A stretch of DNA of 64,000 nt from the NCBI RefSeq assembly GCF_009914755.1, contig NC_060945.1; one strand, 5' to 3'. This document shows, in pieces, positions 13,814 to 25,660 of this stretch. The notes beneath the pieces are model-generated. The model was not told the DNA's origin. It was given only the letters and a program-made list of their open reading frames with translations, and searched no databases. The translations under genes and the position numbers were made by a program. Numbering within the stretch: the stretch's first letter is position 1; each line of letters starts with the position of its first letter. Origin of the DNA: the human T2T-CHM13v2.0 reference genome, Homo sapiens.

Positions 13814-16137
13814 TAACCAAAAAAATTACTCTGTTTGGCCCCACTTGAGACATACGGAAACTCCTGGACTAGTATTTTTTTCTGGCAAGGTCTGCATGGC
13901 AGGTAGACAGGGGACCTGCAGGAGGGTGAGAGACAGGCAGAATGGGCTTGTCAGGGTCCATGAACAGAAGGAATAAGACGGTGTTCTAAGAAGACAGCCC
14001 ACTAGAACCGAAGTCTGAAAGCTGTTATGCTAGATAAATATTTCATGAAATGAAACATTATGCATTAGACCATTTGACTCACATCATGTCCCCTACACAA
14101 AAGTCTGGAAAGTGGCAGAAAATAGAAAGATTGAACAATGATTTCAGGGATAAAATGGACTAAGTATAATTGCATGATCTGTCTGTTCTTGCATAAATCA
14201 CTTCTATAAGAAGGATTATATACGTTTTTGCTCTAGTTTGTTACCACCACAGTCTGGCATATAAACTATGCCTGCCTCTTACCCTTTGTGAACTAGAGAT
14301 CCTGCTCTGTTTTTATTGCCTTAGACTTTCAGAGATCAGCAATTACAAAAGCTTCCAAGACTTTTCTCTGCTCAGAAGCTTTGTATATTTTTGCAAAAGC
14401 TTTGCAAATAGTTTGGGATGTATCTTTGCAGGCCACAGGTTCTTTCCCACCCGAGGGTCAGGAGGAGGACATCAAGAGAAAGGATCAGTGAAGACAGAGC
14501 TTAGAGCAATCACAGCTTTAGTCTTCACCATTTAGCTTTCTGCTCTCCTTCCCTACGTAGATCTATCTCCACTATTTATAGTGGAGAAACACAGATGTGC
14601 TCATTATTTCCTTGGATTGATTTAATGTAAATTAACTTATTAATAAATACCCTTTCTTACCTTTCCCTGTCCATTATCTCATAACATACACAGCACATGA
14701 AGCAAACAAGGAAGTTTCCTGGAGGTATTACTTGTTCATTTATCACCTAAGTGTCTTTATCCTGTTTTTGCTCATCTAAACTGTGTAGTATTGAAAGGAA
14801 AAAAGAAAAAAATACATGAGGAAGAACAGACATGTCCTTTCTTATTTGCATTTCTCCATCTCTTGTCATCATTCTCCTTTACTACACCTTGGCCAACATA
14901 ACCGTTTTGCAATACCAGCAATTCCTACTCCCTTATGATAAATATTCACCTCTTATCTTCTAATATCTTATAATCTGCCCACTTGGGACCAGTAACACCT
15001 ACACCAGAGACTATGGATGACTGGTGATGTAATTTAATAAAGGACCCAAGAATATTTGGAAACAGCCCAGTATTCACTGTCAGTAACAATGTTTGTGAAT
15101 ATCTGAGTTTTCTTTCGGCAAAATCCCTTAAACCTTATTTATTTATTTATTTATTTTTGCATTATAGAGGGCCTGTTCACCATAAAAAGCACAATTCGAT
15201 AAATAGCAAGTAATGAGAACAAGGCACACATGCAGTAGTAAACCAGAAAAGGAAAATGTTACTGCTGTAGCAGCACAAATGAGGTCATCATGGTACAGGG
15301 GCTGTAATAGTCAGAGGCTCAACTTGGTGGTCACTAGCCTTTGATCAGCAATTTCCAGTTAGTCAGAGTCATGTCCAAGGACAGAGGGCAAAGCATGAAA
15401 GACGTATCAGCAATAAGTCAGAAGCAGGAAAATGGAAAAAGTCTTAAAAAAAAAAACAAAAAAAACCTGACTTGGAAACCAGGGATGAAACCAGGAACAC
15501 AGGTTTCAGCTCCCAGGTCACATTTCTCCCAGGTCACAGCTGGGAGAAATGAAGCTGAAGGTGGAGAAAGCATGGAGGAGGTGAGTCACAGGCCAAGGAA
15601 CAAAATCCAGGGAACAAAGCATGGAACACCATGAGTCAGCCATGCTCAGGATAATGAGCAAAGACAGCCTTTCCATTAAACAGCTGCCTTTTGGAGGTGC
15701 ATGATGGCTGGACTTTCAAGTCTTAAGTTAGCAGGAACATGGGGCTGCTTTGGGCCCTGCTTCTGGACACTTGAGGGTCTGATGGACACAAGAACCCCAG
15801 TGGAGGTACCTCTAAAAGAATTCAGATCCCATCAAAGAGGAAGGAGAGAGATTATTCCAAAATGTGATCATGTGATAAAGAAGCAAGTTGAGAAGGCAGA
15901 TGGGCCCACATGGCGGAGGACTTAAGGAGGATTTAAGTTAGTGAATTCATACCCTGAAGGCTCTTTGGAAAAGCAGAATAACATCATAAAAGCAAAATTG
16001 TGTGCAGAAAATCAAGGACTTTCTATTGTACTTTGAATCTCTGTTTCATTTATGTTTTAAATGTCTAATTTAATTGTTGCAGTCATATTTCAAAATCGTA
16101 TGGCCTAAGCAGAAATCATAAATCTTATTAAGTGCCC

Positions 16138-16520
16138 TGTTTCTTAGTCCAGCTGCTGTAACAGAATACCACAGACTTGGTAATTTATAAACAGAGATTT
16201 CTTACATTTCTGGGGGCTAGGAAGTCCTAGGTTGAAGGGGCCAGATCTGGCAAAGGCCATCTTGCAAGATACCATGGCAGAAGCCATGAGCGTAAGAGAG
16301 CATTGGATGAGGAAGGGAAGAAAGTGAGATGAAAGCATCCTTTTATCAAAAATTCACTCTTCAGATAAGCGACCTTCTCCAGCAATAATGGCATTAATCC
16401 ATTCATGAGGCTTAGCTCTCATGACCTAACCACCTCTTCCAGGTCCCACCTCTCAACAGTGTTAACTGGGGATTAAGTTTCCAACAAGTAAGCCTTGAGG
16501 GACACATTCAAACAATAGCA
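16138..16520 (-). mobile_element. MSTC/MSTD-like MaLR solo LTR
   Basis: 'cttagtcc...gctgtaacagaataccacagact' through 'gggacacattcaaacaatagca'. Confidence 0.85.
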
Positions 16521-16998
16521 TTATGATAATGTAAACTTTAAATAATAAGTAAAGAAATGAATCCCTTTTCCAAAACTTTCCAAATCTGTTTTCAAGTTAT
16601 TAATCTATATTCTTTTATATATATGCATGTTTATATATGTGTCTGTATGTGTGTATGTGTGTGTATTCCAATAAGTTTAAGAAACACTAGGAAAACAATA
16701 CTTAATAGGTTTCTCTACTTTAGAACTAATATTTTAATCTCCAAGATTGGGATCTGTTTGCATTACTTATCAAATTGTTTGACCCTGCACGATTTGTTCT
16801 TGAAGCACGTATTGGCATCCTTCCTGGTGCAAGTGTTCATTGGAATATCCGTTTGAGAGAATCTGTTTCAGTCTACTGGCTTTTTCCTAAGAAACCAAGC
16901 AGATTGATTGATGTTGCTCAACAAAAAGATGGTTTGGAATGAAGTAGCTATTCATGGCAGAATCTACCATCTCCCAAACCGTCAAATTATCGGTATTG

Positions 16999-17000
<2 letters not shown>

Positions 17001-17036
<36 letters not shown>

Positions 17037-17260
17037 GTATATGTATATATATACACGTATATATATACATATATATGTGCATATATATACACGTATATAT
17101 ATACATATATATGTGCATATATATACACGTATATATATACATATATATGTGCATATATATACATATACATACATATATGTGTATATATACGTATATATAT
17201 ACACATATATACACATATATTATGTGTGTATATATATATACATATATATACATATATATA
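17001..17260. repeat. Compound microsatellite: (CT)n then (TA/CA/TG)n with a 36 bp higher-order unit
   Basis: (ct)10, then ~3 copies of atatatatacacgtatatatatacatatatatgtgc plus degenerate copies. Confidence 0.97.
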
Positions 17261-17262
17261 AA

Positions 17263-17358
17263 ATACTTTGAGTTCTAGGGTACATGTGCACAACGTGCAG
17301 GCTTGTTACATATGTATACATGTGCCATGTTGGTGTGCTGCACCCATTAACTCGTCAT
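17263..17358 (-). mobile_element. Extremely 5'-truncated L1PA (PA3-6-like) 3' end
   Basis: 'atactttgagttctagggtacatgtgcacaacgtgcagg...cacccattaactcgtcat' is the antisense L1PA 3' terminus. Confidence 0.92.
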
Positions 17359-19809
17359 AAGAAAATGTTTCATGCATAATACACTGAACGTCTTCTTGAG
17401 AAAGCAGCGTCCTGCTTTCAGGATTCTGAAGGCACATCAGGATCTTTGGTGGCTTGTAATAATTATTTTCAAATTCCATTTTGCTGGTAGAACACAGAAA
17501 TCCAAGTTTTAAAAGCTGCTTCTTAACATGTGGCTAGATAACTAAAGTTTATGCATATTCTGCAATAAGTATATCTTCATATATTTATACACACACACAC
17601 ACATAAAAGGAACTTTCATACACACCTTGCAACTGGTCTTGTTAAATTTTTTTAATGTTGGTTATGAATCAATGTATTGTATTGAGCCTGAGAGTCCTAA
17701 TCTACAGAATGGATCTATTAATTTTTATTCTTCTGCTAAAGTGGGTCAAGGAGGTGAAAGTATTTTGTAAACTCTTTATGCAAATGCAAATGGTATTATT
17801 CAGTATATTTTTGTTGTATAGAATATATTTAGTGTCCTTGTTTAACTGAGTGGCTTAATCATTGGAATAGCTTATTCACCTGAAGCACATACTCTTTGGG
17901 TATGTATCTACATTAAAACCTAAGTCACATGAATAAAACAGATGTCAATCAAAATTGATATAGATTATCATTGAACTTGCAGTCACATCGTGTAGACCTG
18001 CCTAGGTATTAAATTGGGATGATTAGTCCATCTACCTCTAAATTCTGAAAAAAATACAGATATTTTCCCCCAAGGTTTGTGTTGCTCGCTGCATCTTCTA
18101 AATGTCACATGTAACTTATTCTATCCCACTCTTAGCCCTAAATTTTTGTCTACCAAATCCCTCTATAAAACCATGACTGTGAAATAAAGGGAGAGGACTG
18201 GATACGATGTTTGTGACAAAAAATACAGACTCATAATGCACCAAAACACAGCACTTAGATTCTGAGTATTTTTATTTTACTCTGAGAATTAAAAGCAGGC
18301 TGTTGACGCACATAGTCAATAAATCAAACACATGAAATCTTGGGCTTTTTCCCCAGTGTCCACTTTACCAGGGTTTCTAATAAAAAGTCCCATATTTTGA
18401 ATTCAGCTCATTCAGACCTCAAATCCAAACATAGTTTAACAATTGAACAATGGCTGTTGTTAAAAAATGTCACAACCAAACGTTAAAAAACAGTTGCTAA
18501 AACATAGACTGTTCACCAAGCACTTTCACCTGATTTGTAAGTACGTAGTTAATAGATTGGGACTTTGCCTGTTTTTGTTTTTGTTTTGTTGCCTATTCAT
18601 AAGACTCTTAGGAAGAAAAAACTGTCAATGTCTACAGCAGGAAGTTAAAACAAACTGAGCACTACATGCAAACATTGTTTGAACCTACGAGTTGGCTGAA
18701 AGAGTGACCAATTCCTGAAAAAAGAAAAGAGACAAGGAGTAACGAGAATATAAGTTCCCAACAGAGGCTAATCTATATGTTTTCTAAAGCTGGGAAAATA
18801 AAACGCAATCAGAATATCCAAATATTTTGCAAACACTACTAAGACATTTCATTTGGTCCAAGCCCCTGATTTATAGACATTATAAACAATTGGGCAAAGC
18901 ACAAAGCTTGCTGGAGATTCTTCAAAAGAATGATGCAAACAGCAGGAAGAAAATTAATAAGCAACAGATGCATGCATGAGCATTCTGTGTAACTGGCTGT
19001 GAGTACAGCATGTGCTGTTTTGTTTGTGCATGAGTTTCCTTAACACATGCACTATTTGTATCTGTAGATATCATACCAAAAAAATCACCATTACGAAACA
19101 GGCTTACATATTATCAATTACTACAATTTTAACAAAATGCATAAAGACAAGTATTCATGGTGAAAAAATACATATATTTTACCTCTCAGTCACATACCTT
19201 TTTTCCTTCAAAAACAAACAAATATTGGATAAGAAAAGGCAAAGCAATAGTTTGCCAGAGAATCAACTGATGCACTTGGTTGCGAGACAGGTTTTAAATG
19301 TGCAAATTACTTCCATCCAATAGTTCACTTTTGTTTCAAACCATTCATTTTTTTATGTACGAATTTTTCAGACAAAAGTCATATGATTGACTCTGAATAG
19401 GTTATGCCTCCATCCTCTGTCCTTACTTTTACCTTTTCCATGTCTAGCTGCTTATAAAAGTGATACAGAACTACGATGCTGCTTAGGGCTAAACAAAAAT
19501 CAAATTTAATGTGCTTGTCTCTACTCAAAAAAAAAGGTCAAAGATTGAATTATTTTCATCCCACACTGTTATCCTTTTATTCTTTAATCATAAGTTCTAC
19601 AGATATCCAGTAATGCCTGTTGGGCACCAGGTACCTGGAACTGGGGGTGTAAAGATGAGAATGAAAGACACAGATTCTGTTGTCACAGAATTTGCAACCA
19701 AGCTAATAAAAAGCCAAAGATAAAAATACATTCAGTTAATTAGTTTTGACATCCAGCAACTGAATAGTCTTACCAACTCATATAATATGCTCATTCAAAT
19801 ATTCACACA

Positions 19810-20240
19810 TCATTCATTCAACAAACATTTATTCTTACCATGTCTAGTTATGCCAGACACCACTATGTTAAATCCTGAGGTAGGTATAAGAAGCAAAAAT
19901 ATACTTGCTCTGGAAATGCTCAAAGCCAATCACATAAGATAGGCCTGAAAATATGTAGTGCTAGAATGCACTAATAGAAATGTGTACTGATACAATGCCA
20001 AGCACATAGTAGGTATGGAAAATAAGATGTTCTTGCTTTGGCAAAAATAGACCAAGGAGCTATTTGCCTACAGAGGAGCTAATTATTCTGCCTGATGAAG
20101 CTGGATAAGTTTCCATAGAGGAAATGGCATTTGATTTGGGTTTACATGGATGAAAACACATTTCCCAGATGGTGAAGAACACAAAGACTGTTTTTGGAAG
20201 AGGCAAAATCACATGTGAAAGCACAGAGACCCATTAAAAA
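19810..20240 (-). mobile_element. L2 fragment
   Basis: Begins cattcattcaacaaacatttatt (antisense L2 3' end) and continues with degraded L2 motifs. Confidence 0.7.
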
Positions 20241-22226
20241 TGTGTAGAATAATCACACATGCCCGATCTCAAGTTCTAAAATTCTAGTGAAGATGGATTT
20301 ACTCTGTACATTATATCCTCGGGGAAATTTTAGTTTCCATGCACATGAATTTACACTTCTCCCTGACTTAGATTATTAGAGAAATAGGAAACTAGAAGTT
20401 AAGAAAAGGAAGCTGAAATAACTCATAAGGGAAAAGATAAAAGAGAGATGAGGCAATGCAATGAAACTGTAGGAGAGAGAAAGAGAGCTGGGAGAAGATT
20501 ATCCCCAAACCTTGCAATTGAGTGTTTTGGTTTATGGGTGAAAACATCCCTGAAGTTATAGGTGAGGAAGGGCTTTCTTGTAAATTTACTATGTTCAGAA
20601 TTGGCACCACTGGGCCCTGCACTGGGGAATGCAAGTTGAGAAATAAAGACTACGTGAGGTTAGTTTTTCAGCTCAGGCATCCACATGAATGTCTGCAGAA
20701 ATGCGGTGAAACCACACTGATAAAAGGTAAATTAAAATCATAAAATCAGAGAGGCTTTGAAAATTAGACAGTGGACAAACACAGGGACTCTTCTGCACTG
20801 TAGATTAACACCATCAAACAAAACAAATGTATAAGTTCTGTATTTAATATATGGAAAAAGGAGAACAGAGATACTGAAAAGTCACTGGAGATCAAAGAAT
20901 GATAAATTAATATATATCCATTCCATGCTATTAATTACCAAATGAAGGAATGTGTGAGATATTGACATTCTCATTATTTGGTGGGCTGTTTTCATGGCTC
21001 TATTTTAGAAAACATAAACTATGTTCATCAGATTTTTGAGAGATTAACTAATTATCTCATTTCCCCAATCCTAATTTTCCCTGGCGGGATTGTAAGTTTC
21101 TTACATAGGGATTTTAGTAATCTAATTTTATGTATAGAGAAGAGACTATTACATTGTGGCCGACTAAATTCACCACATCCCACGTGGTTGTATACACACA
21201 ACCTTAGGAGAATTGCAAGAAGCAAGTTTGTCAAAGTGAAACCAAAGAGTTTGAAAAGTGTCCTGTAGCCGGTAAGAAACCAAGGAAAGATTTTAGGTAA
21301 CTCTGTCTTGAAAATAATTGTTTATTACTGCCTCCTCTTCTTGTCTATTGAGAGTTCTTTTTGTAAGGTGCCATCTTTAAATTATGTTGAGTCTTCCTGG
21401 AAATTCAGTGGAAAATTCTTTTTTATTGAGAACATATGCATTAAAGGAAAGGAATTTTACATGTGTGAGAATACAAAATAACCAATATTCTAAGTTAAAG
21501 AGAGAGACGGAAAGAGAGTAACTTGTTTTGGGCTCCTTCACTGCAAAAGAAGGAGGTTTGGTATTGTTTTCATTTTTTTAACTGCATGCATTGCTTAGTG
21601 GACAAATGAAAATTAGGCAATTCTATTTGCCAAAGCTTCAAGATCTCACTCTTGAATCAGAATACCAAGTACACTTAAGATACAGCAAGAAGCTGCAATC
21701 TGGCATCACACATGAATCATATGTAAACTATGTACAGTAGTGATCTTCCCAGTGGCAGAAAAGCTCAAAGCCACATGAAACCAATCAACACCATATTGAT
21801 GTCATCTTCTCAAAACTTCTCATCTGTTTCATAGCCATCAGACATTGTGATCTTTAAAGCAGATATTTACCCTCTCTGTTGCTAACTAAGCCAAATTTTG
21901 CATTACAGTAATTTTTTACAAAATATTTTTTTCAGATTGTTGAAAGAACATAAAATGTAGTGGTTTATTTATTTAGTGGTAACAGTAATTAACACTAATA
22001 TTATTAACTAACTTATAAACTGTCCATTTAAAAACATGCTTATACATTTATTATGTGTCTTTTTTAATGACTAGATCAGCCAGACTCCTAATAGAAAATT
22101 ATGACATTCTCAAACTGGATAATTGGAGTTCAATAAAACACCTATTTCTAAAAGTATGGATAAAGCTAAAAATGGTAGCTCAAATAATAGTAAAATACCT
22201 CTTTCTTGCAACCTCTGATAGGCAAT

Positions 22227-22561
22227 TGCTCCTCTGGTTTGGAAACTGTCCCTTCCAGAACTCATGCTGAAATGCAGTTGCTATTGTGACAGTATCAAGA
22301 GGTGGAGTCTTTAAAAGGTGGCAGGCCATGAGGGCTTCACCCTTACATGTGGAATGGGTGCCTTTATAAAAGGGTAAATTTGGTTTCCTCCTTCTCTCTT
22401 GACATTCTGCCTTCCACCATATGATGACACAATAAGAAAGCCCTTGCCAGATGCTGGCACCTCAACCTTGGATTTCCCAGCCTCAAGAAGTAAATTTCTG
22501 TTCATTATAAATTACCACATCCGTGTCATTCTGTTATGGCAGCACAAAATGGACTAAGGCA
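22227..22561 (+). mobile_element. MSTC/MSTD-like MaLR solo LTR
   Basis: 'gccagatgctggcacc...ttggatttcccagcctc...ttataaattacc...gcagcacaaaatggactaaggca'. Confidence 0.85.
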
Positions 22562-24798
22562 GTTGTCAACAACTTGACAAATCTCAAACTCCCCCTTGGC
22601 ATCTGAGGTACAAGGCAGAGACCCCACTGAGAAGTCTTCTATGTGTTTACGTGACATGAGTGGATTTAGTTTTCCTCATCATAATCTGTCAGAGTTTCCT
22701 CTTAGACAAGCTTGTGAAAAATACATTGTCATGCCCTTAACACTGGATTGGAAAAACTGCACCAAAATCGCTTGAAGGAAAACCGACTGAACAAAGTTTC
22801 ACAATAATGTCACTCCTACAATGCATCATCTATGCAAAACAAGATATCAAATTCTATAACTTTCCAGCACACTAAATTATCTCCCATTTCCTCTACTTTT
22901 TTTCTTACAAAAACACATACTACACTCACACACGCACCTTAATTGCCTATCAACAATAACTGTGTACTGAAACTTCCAAAGAAGTTAGGTGAGGGTTTAA
23001 GTATTCCTTTTACATTTGCATGCATGTAAGCACCTGTGATCATAGGTCTTACCTTTCATGGTTTCCTAGGTAATAGGACCTCTTCGTTGATAGAATGATC
23101 CTAATATTGACATAGGAAAAGGGGCCACAAATAAGAGTTGGGCTGTTACTTAGGAAAGCTTGTCATTGTTACTTCCCCAGATAACAAGAATAAATGATGC
23201 AATAAAAGAATGAGTGCCTGCTTCAGCAACTCATCATTAAAAGTGAAGAACTACCACAGGAAGCAGAACTCGAAAAGAATGTATGCACTTATGCAACCTT
23301 TCTTGTAGCTTTTTGCAGCTAATTCTTATTATTATACATCAAGATAAGAAAAAAATCACATAAATCTTTGAAGAAAAATGAATGAAAGAGGGCTTTCTTT
23401 AAAGGTTACTAGCTAAATCCATTTCTTTACTTTCTGATTTTTTCTTTCTTTTCTTTTAAATAATCATTGAAGGCATTGATTCAAAGGAAGTTAATGCTGC
23501 AAAAGACCTAGAAATCATCTAGGAGTCTTTTGACTTTAAAATACTTTTTCTGAAGAATAATTTGTTCAAGTTCAGTAAAATTCCAACATGTGACAGAGCT
23601 TTGTTCTGGCTGAAGTCCACTTGGGTTCCCTTCCTCTTGTAGCTGACATCAGTAGTGGCTTCTACAGGGATTCTGGGTAATTCCTCCCAGAGCACTGGCC
23701 TGGAATAGTGCCCTCTATGTAGAAATAAGAAAAAAATGAGGCACAGAAAGATGAAGGGATCCACCATCACAAAAGTGGTACACAGCAGATAAACATCTCT
23801 TCTTTGCCTTTTTATCTCCTACATTTGTCTTCTCATCTTTAATTCATTTGGTAGATCTGCAGAATAACTTTCCAGAGAAGATCAACTGCACCACATAGCT
23901 AAAAGCTGACTTCCTTTTTTTTTCTTTCATTTCAAAAAATCAAAACACCTGGTTGTGAAATGCAACGTTTTCACAGAATATTTAATTTGGTCCACTTACT
24001 GATAGTATCAGTTTTATGTGAACAGTTACGTGGCAATTAAATTTCTCAGATTACCATTTTTTAAAGAGTTCTCCAGAGTGCGTCAATGGCAAGGGACCCA
24101 TTTTTCCAAACCTGTCTTGTTTCCTTAGTGAGTCAGTCTTTCAAAGCTTATATTGCAGTCATTCTTTGTATTATAAAAGTGATCCCTAAAGTAAGAAGAA
24201 CAACTACATGTAGTCTCTATAAAATTCCTAGCCTAAATAGTCATTTCAAATGCCTTGCTTTCTCAAGTATTGCTTAATATTATGTATGACTAGGACTGTA
24301 CAAAATATAGAACACTTGGGAGAAGATTATGGCAACAGTGAGATCTGGGAACATTTGTGTATTGGAAGGAAAAACCATGATTCTGATGGGCAAGAAAGAG
24401 AATAATCTTGAACAACAAAAGAAGAATATAAGAGTTTGGCATATCATGCTTTTCCAAACGTATGGCTTCATTTAACAAACTTGGGACAGTCTTTATTTTT
24501 TCCATGATTACTTGTGTGTCAGCAGGCATAGCTTGGCCTTCTCCTTCATAGGCCTGACACTGAGTCGATGCTTAGCATCCAAACCACACATAAACTATTT
24601 TTTCCCCTAGAAAGTGCTCATTGGATGACTTAATAAAAGTATTTTAATGTTTGGAAAGGAAAAACATGTTTGCCTTATTCCTTTAGATTTACAGCTGCTT
24701 AGGGTTTATAGAAAATACCGTTGTCAACAATATTCAAAAGGCAGAATACAAGAGTTTGAGGATGCAATCTTGCTACCCCTATGTTACTCCTACCATTC

Positions 24799-24994
24799 TG
24801 ATATGGTTTGGCTCTGTGTCCCCACTCAAATCTCATCTTGAATTGTAATCCCCACATGTCGAGGGAGGGACCTGGTGGGAGGTGATTGGCTCCTGGGGGC
24901 AGTTTCCCCCATGCTGTTCTCATGATAGTGCGGGAGTTCTCATGAGATCTGGTTGTTAGATAAGTGTCTGGCATTTACCTTGCTCGCTCTCTCT

Positions 24995-25033
<39 letters not shown>

Positions 25034-25187
25034 CCCTGCTGCCATGTAAGACATGCCTTGCTTCCTCTTTGCCTTCCGCCATGATTGTAAGTTTCCTGAC
25101 ACCCACCCAGCCATGTGGAACCATGAGTCAATTAAACCTCTTTTTTTCATAAATTACCTGGTCTCAGTATGAAAATGGACTAATACA
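24799..25187 (+). mobile_element. MSTA solo LTR with internal (CT)n
   Basis: Starts tgatatggtttggctctgtgtcccc, ends gaaaatggactaataca. Confidence 0.9.
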
Positions 25188-25454
25188 AATCCGCATACCA
25201 GAAAGCCAGAGTGATGTAGTCTGATGCAGAACAGAAGTTACTATAGAAAGTGTGGCATGGGTGGCTGATTCTTGCAGGATGCTGACTTCTTGATGAGTTT
25301 TCAAACCTTGGACTTTGTACACACCAAATTGTTCTGAGATCAGGACAACTGACTTCTGATTCTAGCGAATTTATGCAATTCCTGTAAGAACAGAGCAAGG
25401 AAAGATGAGAGCCTGTAGCATTGAAGTCACAAATGATAACAATAGCACCAGTAT

Positions 25455-25660
25455 AATAATAGCAAATGTTTTGGGAGCATTTACTATTCCAAACACTACA
25501 CTAAACACTACATGCATCATTTTTCTTATTCTCACAATAAACCTTATATTTCTGTTTTGCAGATATGGAAAACAAAGCTTAGGAAAGTTAGGTAATCCAT
25601 CTAAGTTCACAGAGCTAATAAATTATGGAGTGAATATTAGGAGTCTGGTCTTTCCCTTTA
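25455..25660 (-). mobile_element. MIR
   Basis: Core 'ttttgcagatatggaaaacaaagcttaggaaagttaggtaat...aagttcacagagctaataa'. Confidence 0.8.

Noticed and set aside
14656-14720. Possible short minus-strand coding exons (also ~23050-23100)
   Set aside because: Donor-like sites are present but acceptors are weak, and the open-frame peptides resemble nothing I recognise.
16908-17293. Six overlapping Tyr/Ile-rich ORFs
   Set aside because: Artefact of a stop-free alternating purine-pyrimidine microsatellite.
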